Assembly (NCBI GenBank): GCA_937880755.1
Contig: CALGRX010000020.1
Coordinates: 56,119-120,118 of the forward strand
Origin: an uncultured Clostridia bacterium
GTDB lineage: Bacteria > Bacillota > Clostridia > Christensenellales > UBA3700
Length of the DNA stretch: 64,000 nt
Direction of reading: 5' to 3'
Positions 47,866-58,093 of the stretch are shown one piece after another (position 1 is the first letter of the stretch; each line of letters starts with the position of its first letter). The position numbers and the translations under genes were made by a program. A model generated the notes under the pieces. That model worked only from the letters and a program-made list of their open reading frames with translations. It was not told the origin of the DNA and did no database searches.

Positions 47866-50412
47866 TCATTGCAAAATAAATGCCAACACGGTTTGGCTTT
47901 TTGTATCGTTATTTATCTTATCGGCAAGTCCACCTTCTTTGGCTCTCCACAAAGACAATACCTTGCCTGCTTTATCATCAAAGTGGTGCTTGATTTCGCC
48001 CAATACTCTATCGGAGATTTTGACCTTGTGGAAGTATTGCTTGAGTGTCTTGATTACCTCTCTTGCCTCGTCCACCTCGACGTCACCGCTCAAAGCCTCA
48101 TATATATCTTCTACGACAGTATGGTTGATTACGTAGTCGGCTATCTCCACGCCTACGCCAATATACTCGCCCTTGTTCGCCTTGTTTAAGCCTTTCCACA
48201 GTCGGTCTATCAATTCGTTTGTTCCCTTGACAGTTCCTACCATACCTTTTTCCTCGAAGATAAGCCTCTCTTCTATATCGGCTATTATCTTCTTGGCTTC
48301 GGCTTTGGTGAATATCTTGTCGGTGGTAAGGTTACCCTTTGCCTTGATTATATCCCCCTCATTGCTTGGTGCAGGCGACTTGCGAGAGAGTTTTATATCG
48401 TTAGGATTTTTTGAAACAAAATCTTGACTTTTTATATCTATCTTACGTATAATAGTATTAGAAGCCAAGTTTATTATAACGTCGGACAATTGGAGTCCGG
48501 GGTTCACTGATACTCTTTGGCTTCTTTTTTTATCCCAAAAAAGTATTTTATCATTATCAATGAATTTTTTTATATAACTATAAAAATTATCTTTTCCATA
48601 TGCGCTTGTCATTACATTGGCTTGAATGATAATATTCTCCAATCTTCCTATGCCGTTAACTTTAATCGCTACAATAATTGGTTTATTTTTCTTATCAACA
48701 GCTTGCGTTATTAAAACTACGCTATCATCTCTTGTTAGACTCTCGGCTATCAATGCAGGTTTTTCAATAAGTTTTGGTAGTTGTTTTATTATGTCTATAC
48801 CTAACCCGTGATAGTTTAGACCTTTCTTACCACTCTCATTTACTGTTGTATCCAAATGTCGTGCAGTCATCAAAATAGGAAGTTTTGGCAAACCAACGTC
48901 TTGCAATATTTGTGGTGTGTCCATAATTTTGAGATGTGTTGACGTAGTATCTTTTCCGCCCAATATGTCGTCTACTTGCTCGGCAAATGGCTTGATAGAG
49001 TACCTTATATCTTGGTCGCTCGTTGGGTTGAGATTGGTTGTAAGTTTTATTTGATTCGGCTCAAAAGCCACAACCATTTTACTTGTACCATCATCAATTA
49101 TAATACTGTCAGCCTCTAACGCATCATAATCGTCCAAAATAGCTCCTTGAAAAGCGTCCCAAAATCCTATACTATCATCATCGGTTAGAGCTTTTGCAGG
49201 ATATCCGTTCTTTTTCAAATATTCTTTATTTATAATAAGTGGTTTTTCCCCTAAAATATAGCAAGGAAGAACTCTACCTTTTTTGCTACTAAATTCTGAG
49301 GTGGAATAATCTTCTGCTATGCTCTTTCTATCAATAAAGAAGAAACCTCTATCGTCAAAAGAAAAGCGTGAGCCTATAAACTCTTTACTAAATTTATAGA
49401 ACTCATTTTTAGGAGTTCCGTGATAAACCACGAGCAAATTGCCTTGCTCGTCTCTTACCTTACTATCTCTAAAATATTCCGCTTGTTGTTGGCTTAATTC
49501 TTTGCCTTGACTGTCTTTGAGGGAATAGTTCTTTTTCTTCGTTCCGTCCGGATATGTTACTATTTGTCTTCCGTCATCGTTGAAGTGGTAGTCTACTGCT
49601 CGCTTATTTCCGTTGCCTTTTTGAGAATGTCCGATTCCGTCGCTTTCGGATTCTCCAAGAGGTATTCCGCCATTGTAGCTATCTGCTCGTCCTTCGGAAT
49701 CAAGAGCATTATTGCGACGATTGCGTCTTGCTTGACTTTTAAGAACTTCAAGCACTCGATTAAGTTCGCTTGTGCTTCCAATAATTGATTCGCCATTGTT
49801 TTCTCCTATTTTCGCTTCAATAGAAGCGATATATTCTTGATTTGCGTCCGTGATTTTGATTTGCTTCAAAACTCCGAAGTTGCCAAGGGCAAAGTTTTCG
49901 TACACATAGAAGTAGTTAGCGCTTCTTGCTGCGCCATACCTCGGAAGTTCTTCCTCACGAGCCCTATATCTCGAATTATCTTCCATAATACGGCTACTAA
50001 TAATTGCGTACTCTTGCTTCGGAATTTGCTTATATATTTCTTTTTTATTATACTGCAAAGCAAGCGTTTGGTCAACACCAACCTCGGCATTTTGCTCGTC
50101 TACTTGGACTTGTTTGTTGTCTTCTCTACCTTGCTCTATTATTTGGATGAGGTTTTGTCTTCCGTGGTCGTATGCACTGCGCAAGTACATATTTTCCGCC
50201 AAAGTAAGCACCTTATACTCGGCTCTTTTCTCACCGCTCATCTTGAAGAGTTTAATAAGGTTTTGTATCTTCTTGACAATGCGCATAGCAATATTAGGTT
50301 GTTCCGCTACAACCTTGTCTATAAACTGCTCGTTGCCTATCAATTCTTCCGTCAACAGTGCCGTAAGTTCGCTATCTATCGTCTTTTGGTCGCTACCTTG
50401 GTATCTCTCCAA
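47866..50412 (-). CDS. Start-less ORF resembling an internal fragment of a phage/conjugative-element polyvalent protein (ART-PolyVal-like + MuF_C/PBECR-like modules); possibly a pseudogene
   Basis: 848 codons with a TTG track start and no RBS. The frame stays open upstream to a TGA at 50485-50487, inside the gdhA terminator. Motifs: LLVVYHGT...GFFFIDRKSIAEDY...VVAFEPNQIK...DIRYS, then MTARHLD...NYHGLGIDIIKQLPKLIEKPALI. The core is AT-rich. Confidence 0.55.
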   Translation of the reverse strand: MERYQGSDQKTIDSELTALLTEELIGNEQFIDKVVAEQPNIAMRIVKKIQNLIKLFKMSGEKRAEYKVLTLAENMYLRSAYDHGRQNLIQIIEQGREDNKQVQVDEQNAEVGVDQTLALQYNKKEIYKQIPKQEYAIISSRIMEDNSRYRAREEELPRYGAARSANYFYVYENFALGNFGVLKQIKITDANQEYIASIEAKIGENNGESIIGSTSELNRVLEVLKSQARRNRRNNALDSEGRADSYNGGIPLGESESDGIGHSQKGNGNKRAVDYHFNDDGRQIVTYPDGTKKKNYSLKDSQGKELSQQQAEYFRDSKVRDEQGNLLVVYHGTPKNEFYKFSKEFIGSRFSFDDRGFFFIDRKSIAEDYSTSEFSSKKGRVLPCYILGEKPLIINKEYLKKNGYPAKALTDDDSIGFWDAFQGAILDDYDALEADSIIIDDGTSKMVVAFEPNQIKLTTNLNPTSDQDIRYSIKPFAEQVDDILGGKDTTSTHLKIMDTPQILQDVGLPKLPILMTARHLDTTVNESGKKGLNYHGLGIDIIKQLPKLIEKPALIAESLTRDDSVVLITQAVDKKNKPIIVAIKVNGIGRLENIIIQANVMTSAYGKDNFYSYIKKFIDNDKILFWDKKRSQRVSVNPGLQLSDVIINLASNTIIRKIDIKSQDFVSKNPNDIKLSRKSPAPSNEGDIIKAKGNLTTDKIFTKAEAKKIIADIEERLIFEEKGMVGTVKGTNELIDRLWKGLNKANKGEYIGVGVEIADYVINHTVVEDIYEALSGDVEVDEAREVIKTLKQYFHKVKISDRVLGEIKHHFDDKAGKVLSLWRAKEGGLADKINNDTKSQTVLAFILQ

Positions 50413-50466
50413 TATCTCTTGTTGACGAGCATTGAGTATTCCTTTTCCCTCGGCTATCTTGCGTAC

Positions 50467-50494
50467 AAAAAAGGTCGGTATATTTCAACCGACC
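50467..50494 (-). terminator. gdhA terminator
   Basis: Minus strand: GGTCGGT-tgaaatat-ACCGACC followed by TTTTTT, 22 nt after the gdhA stop. Confidence 0.8.
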
Positions 50495-50516
50495 GATTTT
50501 ATTTGATTTTGGTGGA

Positions 50517-51959
<1,443 letters not shown>

Positions 51960-52052
51960 TTACAAATAACGTAGTATAACATTGCATTATGCTATTGACT
52001 ATCGCCCATTTTATGGTTATAATATATACAAATAAGTGATACAAGGTGTCAA

Positions 52053-52970
52053 ATGATTAGCAATATTTTTACAATGTTGGTAGATTTACTCAACAATCCC
52101 AAATGCACTGCGCAAGAATTGGCTAGCAAACTCGAAATCAGCGAACGCACCGTCTATCGTTACGTAGACGTTCTAAGTTTTGCTCACGTACCCGTCGTAT
52201 GCAAAAAAGGTAGAGACGGCGGAATTATGATAGGCGAAGACTTCAAGCTTCGCGCCCAATATCTTACTAGAGAAGAATTGGAGTTGATTTTCACCTCTCT
52301 CGACACCCTGCCCTTCAACGACACGGCGGTGGGTATCAAGGCTAAGCTTCAAAATATCAATACCGACAAGCGCACGGATGAAAACTTCCACTCAGACCTA
52401 TTCGTAGTGGACAAGTCTACTTGGGGCAACAACACCAATCTCCAACAAAAGATGGACGCTTTGCTCAAAGCCCGTTCTCGCAAAAAGGCAGTCAAAATCA
52501 CCTATCACGATAGAGGTGGCAACCTCTCCGAACGTGTAATCGAGCCATACGTGGTTGTGTACGGTGCAGGAATATGGTACATATACGCATGGTGCCGTAT
52601 GCGCAACCAAATGCGCACCTTCAAAATCAGCCGTATCACGCATATTTTGCATACAGACAGCGACTTCAAGCCTAGAGAATTTACCAACGCCTGGAAGATA
52701 GCCAACAAACTTGACAATGCTCAAGAGATAAGCATAGTGCTCAAGGTCAACCAAAACGCCCGTTACGACGTAGAAGAATGGCTGGGCGTCGAAGCGGTCA
52801 ACAAAGCCGAACAAGGCGACTATTGGATAGCGCAAGCCTACGTCACAGTGGGCGACAAACTCATAGACAAGCTTCTCTCCTATCGCGAAAACGTCGAAGT
52901 CCTCTCCCCTATCTCCATAAGAGATAAAGTCAAAGAGAGCGCAATGAATATCGCCAAACTATACAAGTAA
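52053..52970 (+). CDS. YafY-family transcriptional regulator (HTH + WYL + WCX domains)
   Basis: 305 aa with the N-terminal HTH TAQELASKLEISERTVYRYVDVL and the WYL region ITYHDRGGNLSERVIEPYVVVYGAGIWYIYAWCRMRNQMRTFKISRI. RBS AAGGTG. Confidence 0.8.
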   Translation: MISNIFTMLVDLLNNPKCTAQELASKLEISERTVYRYVDVLSFAHVPVVCKKGRDGGIMIGEDFKLRAQYLTREELELIFTSLDTLPFNDTAVGIKAKLQNINTDKRTDENFHSDLFVVDKSTWGNNTNLQQKMDALLKARSRKKAVKITYHDRGGNLSERVIEPYVVVYGAGIWYIYAWCRMRNQMRTFKISRITHILHTDSDFKPREFTNAWKIANKLDNAQEISIVLKVNQNARYDVEEWLGVEAVNKAEQGDYWIAQAYVTVGDKLIDKLLSYRENVEVLSPISIRDKVKESAMNIAKLYK

Positions 52971-53083
52971 CACTCACGATATATACCTCGCAATATGTGT
53001 CAAAAGACAACTTTTCTTGTTTTGCTCGTATCTCTATCGACAAAAGTTTTTTTTCATAGCGGTATAGCGTAGACCAAGTAGTT

Positions 53084-53392
53084 TTGTCATTCAGAGCGAG
53101 CAAATCGAACGACTCTCAACCGTTGTGTCATTGCGCTGTATACATTTTGCGTAAGCAAAGACGTAGGCACTTGTGCCGAAGTGCGGCAATCTCACCTCTT
53201 GTGTCATTGCGCTGTATACATTTTGCGTTAGCAAAGTGAGCAAAGCGAGCGCGGCAATCTCATCAAAATAAAGCCTCCTTTGTGCAAAGGGAGGTGGCTT
53301 GCCGAACGGCAAGACGGAGGGATTGTTTTATGTCATTGCGACCGGTGCATTTTGCGACAGCAAAGAGCGTGTTTTCACGCTGTGGCAATCTC
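53084..53392. repeat. Cluster of intergenic repeat units (A units GTCATTGCG...GGCAATCTC x3-4, plus one B hairpin element)
   Basis: GTGTCATTGCGCTGTATACATTTTGCGT occurs at 53125-53152 and 53201-53228, each unit ending CGGCAATCTCA. A diverged unit lies at 53331-53392 and a degenerate unit at 53084-53118. The B element is at 53275-53325. Confidence 0.85.
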
Positions 53393-53413
53393 CGACGACC
53401 ATTAGCATTTATC

Positions 53414-53443
53414 AAAAAAGACACACCCTATATCGAGTGTGCC
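53414..53443 (-). terminator. icd terminator
   Basis: Minus strand: GGCACAC-tcgatatagg-GTGTGTC (one G-U pair) followed by TTTTTTG. Confidence 0.7.
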
Positions 53444-53459
53444 TCTTTTATTCATTCAA

Positions 53460-54659
53460 TTATATTCTTTTGGCTATCTCGGTGAGGAAGTCGCGAGTCT
53501 CCAAGGTATGCACCTCTACGTCGCCCTTATATAGCGTTGCGAGGTCGCCCGTCATATAGCCCGATTCGATAGTGTCGATAGTGGCTTTTTCTAGTCTATC
53601 GGCGTAGTCTGCCAAGTCGTCGAGCCCGTCGAGTTCCGCTCTCTTGCGAAGTGCCCCCGACCAAGCGAAGATAGTTGCCACGGGGTTGGTGGAAGTCGAC
53701 TTACCTTCCAAGTATTTGTAGTAGTGTCTGGTAACGGTGCCGTGAGCCGCCTCATACTCATACTTGCCGTCTGGCGAAACGAGCACCGAGGTCATCATAG
53801 CAAGCGAACCGAATGCCGTTGCCACCATATCGCTCATCACGTCGCCGTCGTAGTTTTTGCACGCCCAGATCATACCGCCGTTGCTTCTCACTACTCTCGC
53901 CACGGCGTCGTCTATCAAGGTGTAGAAGTATTCTATGCCCGCTTCCTCAAACTTGCTCTTATATTCGCCCACGAATATCTCGGCAAAGATATCCTTAAAT
54001 CTATGGTCGTAGGTCTTGGATATGGTGTCTTTGGTGGCAAACCATAGGTCTTGCTTGGTATCCAAGGCATAGTTGAAGCAACTTCTTGCAAAACTCGATA
54101 TACTCTTGTCGGTATTGTGCATACCCATCGTCACGCCCGCGCTCTTAGCGTAGTCGAAGATTTCTATTTCTCTATGACCTTGCTCGTCGTCGATGACGAG
54201 TTTAGCCTTACCGCCCTTGGTTACGTAGCCCTCTACGTCCTTGTAGATATCGCCGTAAGCGTGTCTTGCAATGGTGATAGGGCTTGTCCAAGTAGGTATA
54301 TAAGGCGTAATGCCTTTGACCATGATAGGCGCTCTAAACACCGTGCCGTCGAGTATTGCTCTCACCGTGCCGTTAGGGCTCTTCCACATAGTAGAAAGGT
54401 TGTATTCCTTTACTCTCTGAGCGTTAGGGGTAATGGTAGCGCACTTTACGCCCACGCCGTACTTTACGATAGCGTTGGCGGAGTCCACCGTCACTTGGTC
54501 CTTGGTAGCTTCTCTATTGACAAGACCGAGGTCGTAATATTCACTTTTGAGTTCCACGTAAGGTTCGATAAGTATCTCTTTTATCCATTTCCAGATGATG
54601 CGAGTCATCTCGTCGCCGTCGAGTTCTACGATAGGCGTCGTCATTTTAATTTTCGTCAT
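53460..54659 (-). CDS. icd: NADP-dependent isocitrate dehydrogenase (about 400 aa, eukaryote-like subfamily)
   Basis: Starts [23 protein letters not shown] and contains [13 protein letters not shown]. The start was chosen at the ATG at 54657-54659 so that the gene does not overlap ddl. Confidence 0.9.
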   Translation of the reverse strand: MTKIKMTTPIVELDGDEMTRIIWKWIKEILIEPYVELKSEYYDLGLVNREATKDQVTVDSANAIVKYGVGVKCATITPNAQRVKEYNLSTMWKSPNGTVRAILDGTVFRAPIMVKGITPYIPTWTSPITIARHAYGDIYKDVEGYVTKGGKAKLVIDDEQGHREIEIFDYAKSAGVTMGMHNTDKSISSFARSCFNYALDTKQDLWFATKDTISKTYDHRFKDIFAEIFVGEYKSKFEEAGIEYFYTLIDDAVARVVRSNGGMIWACKNYDGDVMSDMVATAFGSLAMMTSVLVSPDGKYEYEAAHGTVTRHYYKYLEGKSTSTNPVATIFAWSGALRKRAELDGLDDLADYADRLEKATIDTIESGYMTGDLATLYKGDVEVHTLETRDFLTEIAKRI

Positions 54660-54688
54660 ATTGTGCTCCGATGTTTTAGTTGAGTATA

Positions 54689-55819
54689 TTATAATAGCTT
54701 GAGTGGATTTTTGCAAGCATTATTGCAAGCTTCGAACTCACTCAACACGTCGGAGCGAAAAGTATATTTGGGTTTATTTTGTTTTCGTCTTATTGCCTCG
54801 TCCACGAGAATGTCTATGAGGTCCTCGTAGTCGATATCCTCTTCTTCGAATAGATAGAATGCCATCGAGCCGGGGATAGTATTGACCTCGTTGATATACA
54901 CCTTGTTTTGCTTGTCTATCAAAAAGTCCATTCTCACCACGCCCTTCATATCCAAAAATTCGTATATCCTCTTGGCGTAGTCGTATATCGTCTTTCTGAC
55001 TTTTTCGGTCAAGGTCGCGGGATAAATTCTTCCTCCTCCGCTCATCTTGCCGTCTGTCATATATTTGTCCTCAAAGGTCAAAAAGTCCTTCCAACCGATA
55101 GGCTGTTCGGGCGAAGAAAAGATAAGCTCTCCCCTCTTTGCCACCACCGCCACGTTGATTTCTACGAAGTCGGTCAAGGCTTTTTCGGCAATTATCTTGT
55201 CGTCGAAGCAAAACGCCGTATCTATAGCCTCTTGCAATTCCTCTAAATCGTTTGCGATTTTTATACCGATAGACGAGCCTTGCGAAGACGGCTTGACTAT
55301 GATTGGGAAGTCCAATTTGTCCGCCACGTACCCGGTTTTCGACTCGTCGTAATCTTTTTTGTTTACGCTCACGCTCTCCACGCTTTTGCACCCTATGTGC
55401 TTAAACACCGCTTTTGACACGCTCTTATTCATAGCCACCGCGCTACCGCACACACCCGCCGAGGTATACGGCAAACCGAGGCACTCGAAGAAACCTTGCA
55501 AGACGCCGTTTTCCCCCTCACCGCCGTGAGTGCAAAGCACTACGCAGTCTATATTGCACAGTCGTTTTTGTCTTATTCGCCCGCTTTTCAACAAGGATTT
55601 TCCCCTAAAGTACACCTTGTGTCGTTCGCTACTTTTCCATTTGATATAGCTGTCTATCTCCAGAGGGTTGCTTGGGAGATAGAAGTCGCTCCCCTCGTAC
55701 ACGAGAGGATAGACGTTGTACTTACTTTTATTGACGTTTCTACACAGTTGCACGCCCGTAATGATAGATATGTCCCTTTCGCAAGAGTTACCGCCAAATA
55801 CCACCGCAATATTTTTCAT
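54689..55819 (-). CDS. ddl: D-alanine--D-alanine ligase
   Basis: 376 aa starting [22 protein letters not shown], with an ATP-grasp fold and EVNTIPG. Confidence 0.93.
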   Translation of the reverse strand: MKNIAVVFGGNSCERDISIITGVQLCRNVNKSKYNVYPLVYEGSDFYLPSNPLEIDSYIKWKSSERHKVYFRGKSLLKSGRIRQKRLCNIDCVVLCTHGGEGENGVLQGFFECLGLPYTSAGVCGSAVAMNKSVSKAVFKHIGCKSVESVSVNKKDYDESKTGYVADKLDFPIIVKPSSQGSSIGIKIANDLEELQEAIDTAFCFDDKIIAEKALTDFVEINVAVVAKRGELIFSSPEQPIGWKDFLTFEDKYMTDGKMSGGGRIYPATLTEKVRKTIYDYAKRIYEFLDMKGVVRMDFLIDKQNKVYINEVNTIPGSMAFYLFEEEDIDYEDLIDILVDEAIRRKQNKPKYTFRSDVLSEFEACNNACKNPLKLL

Positions 55820-55826
55820 ATACCCC

Positions 55827-57404
55827 TCAATAATTGTCCGTCAGGTCGTTTTGAATTAGTACGACGCTGTTTTTGTCTACTATTTTTTTCAGTACGTTTT
55901 GCGCTTGTTCTAGGTCCTTGACCACGTAGATATTACGTAGTTTCATACCCTTTTCCACCAGACCTTGCATTAGATATTTTGCATTGACGCCTATGAGGAT
56001 AGCAACGTCCACCTTTTGCGCCATATATCCACCCAGCTCTATGTTGGTTTCTTCGCTCTCTCCACCCAGCTCCACCAGCCCTTGCGACATTACGATTTTC
56101 TTTTTGTCCTCAAAAAACTCTAACGTGTCTATTGCGTACATCGCACCCTTTTTGTTGGAGTTGTAGCTGTCGTCAATCACCGTCACCCCGCCGTAGAGTT
56201 TACTAACTTGAAGTCGGTGTTCCACGACTTTTATTTCGTCTATGCCCTTGGCTATTTGACTAATGCTCATACCCAGATGATGCGCCACCGCCACGGCTAG
56301 CAAAATATTTTGAATATTGTGCTTGCCTATTAACCTAGTCTTTACCCTGATTTTCTCGTCGCCTATGCACAGGTCAAAGCTACTTCCTTCGCTATCACAC
56401 TCAACGTTTTTGGCTTGCACGTATCCGCCCGCGCCCACTACGATAGGATTTATTGACCTAACCAAGCACCTATCGAGATATCTACTTTCACCAAAAAAGC
56501 AAGGCTTGTCGCCTAAGTATTCCACCAACTCGCACTTGGTGTCGATGATATTGTCTATCGTGCCGAAGCTCTCCAGGTGTTGTTTTTCTATCCCCGTCAA
56601 CACGCCGAGGTCGGGCTTGGTTATATTGCACAGCTCGGCAATATCGCCCTTGTATCTTGCCCCCATTTCCACCACGAAAATTTGCGTATCGGCAGGCATT
56701 TGCTTGACGGAGAGGCATATCCCCATAGGCGTATTATAGTTGTGAGGTGTGCAAAATGTTCTAAACTTTTGCGACAAAATCGTCGTCAAAAACCTCTTGA
56801 CGGAAGTCTTACCGTAGCTACCGGTAATTGCAATCTTCACCAATTCGGCATTGCTATCCAGAGCCCTAGTCGCCTTAACAACGTAACGCCTTTTTATTGC
56901 GTTTTCGAGAGGCGTTAGCAAAACCAAACAAAACTTCAGTATGCTAGGCGTAACGAAGAAGACGAAAGGACATAATACGTAGGTCAAATTTAGTCCCTCG
57001 AGGCGTATCCAACTCCCGAGCAATACGGCGCCGACGAACACTATTGAGGTTAGCAAACTAAAGCAACCCACCAATCTTCGCGCCCTCGCCGTAAGTTTCA
57101 AGGTCTGTCTTGCTCCGCACCTCGCACTATCAACTGCGTGATAAATCGCAAGCGTCGCCATACATATCGGCACGATATATTCGAGATTTTGTAGCACGCT
57201 TAGTATTGCGGTAAGGTACACGATATAAGTTACGATACAGCTTGCCACACCGCAAAACAGCAGTCTAGCCACGATATCGTCGGTTTTTTTTGTTTTTCTC
57301 AACACGTATCCGTCGAGCTGTATCAAAGTCAAAAGGCGGTGACACAGCGCCACCACACACCAGCTCAATACGACGGCAATTATACAGTCAATCATTATTT
57401 TCAA
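55827..57404 (-). CDS. murF: MurF-like Mur ligase (UDP-MurNAc-tripeptide--D-Ala-D-Ala ligase) with an N-terminal hydrophobic domain of about 170 aa and 4-5 TM helices
   Basis: Central motif ITGSYGKTSVK and C-terminal motif DDSYNSNKKGAMYAID...QGLVELGGES. Immediately upstream of ddl. Residues 1-170 are hydrophobic helices instead of the soluble MurF N-domain. Confidence 0.75.
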   Translation of the reverse strand: MKIMIDCIIAVVLSWCVVALCHRLLTLIQLDGYVLRKTKKTDDIVARLLFCGVASCIVTYIVYLTAILSVLQNLEYIVPICMATLAIYHAVDSARCGARQTLKLTARARRLVGCFSLLTSIVFVGAVLLGSWIRLEGLNLTYVLCPFVFFVTPSILKFCLVLLTPLENAIKRRYVVKATRALDSNAELVKIAITGSYGKTSVKRFLTTILSQKFRTFCTPHNYNTPMGICLSVKQMPADTQIFVVEMGARYKGDIAELCNITKPDLGVLTGIEKQHLESFGTIDNIIDTKCELVEYLGDKPCFFGESRYLDRCLVRSINPIVVGAGGYVQAKNVECDSEGSSFDLCIGDEKIRVKTRLIGKHNIQNILLAVAVAHHLGMSISQIAKGIDEIKVVEHRLQVSKLYGGVTVIDDSYNSNKKGAMYAIDTLEFFEDKKKIVMSQGLVELGGESEETNIELGGYMAQKVDVAILIGVNAKYLMQGLVEKGMKLRNIYVVKDLEQAQNVLKKIVDKNSVVLIQNDLTDNY

Positions 57405-58065
57405 GCCAATTCATCGTCCTTTTTACAAAGTCGCCCAAACTCTCTATATAGCACCAATGCCCGCCCTTTAGCCATATTAGCGTCGAGCGAGCCAAGCCAC
57501 GGTTGAGCTTTTTTGCCATATATTTGGGCGTTTCTTTGTCGGTTTTTCCCCACACGATTAGCACGGGGCAATGTATTGTATGCAACAATCCGTCTTGATG
57601 ATAATTGACCACGTTGACGAAGGTCTTTTTCATAAGAGGGCTTAGCTCCCGATAGTCCTTCGACCCGCATTTTTCGGTGCTTTTGCCCAAAGCCTTGTAT
57701 ATTTTGTATTTAAGTTTTCTCATGGTTTTTTTTAGCGTCCGTCTAGGTTTCAGTCCCGCGCTATCCACCAAGACCATACTTCTCACCTTGTCGGTCTTTG
57801 AGGCAAGTTCCATCGCCACCCGTCCGCCGAAGGAATGTCCCACCACGCATATCTGCTTCACGCCTAGGTATTCCAACACTTCGATTACGCCGTCGCAATA
57901 GTCTTGCAAGGTCAACGCCCTATCTATAGGGCTAGCTCCAAAGCCGTAAAAGTCCACTAAGATACAACGGTATTTTTTGCAAAAAAATTGAGCCACGCCC
58001 CAAAAGCTGTCTATACTTCCACCCCAACCGTGCAAAAATACAATGTCTTTCGAGCCGTGTCCCAC
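57388..58065 (-). CDS. Alpha/beta hydrolase
   Basis: 225 aa with the oxyanion region VFLHGWGGS and nucleophile elbow GHSFGG. The 3' end overlaps the murF start by 17 nt. Confidence 0.8.
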   Translation of the reverse strand: MGHGSKDIVFLHGWGGSIDSFWGVAQFFCKKYRCILVDFYGFGASPIDRALTLQDYCDGVIEVLEYLGVKQICVVGHSFGGRVAMELASKTDKVRSMVLVDSAGLKPRRTLKKTMRKLKYKIYKALGKSTEKCGSKDYRELSPLMKKTFVNVVNYHQDGLLHTIHCPVLIVWGKTDKETPKYMAKKLNRGLARSTLIWLKGGHWCYIESLGDFVKRTMNWLENND

Positions 58066-58093
58066 GACCTTATAATTGAGAATATGCGACCTC

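Noticed and set aside
47695-48189. 164 aa plus-strand ORF downstream of DnaA box 5 (considered as a possible sda-like DnaA-regulated gene)
   Set aside because: It has no RBS before the ATG, runs antisense into the 848-codon ORF, and has no resemblance to Sda or any family I recognise.
53084-53392. CRISPR array
   Set aside because: The repeats are 60-70 nt units with conserved ends and variable middles, irregularly spaced. They lack uniform repeat/spacer periodicity, and there are no cas genes in the window.
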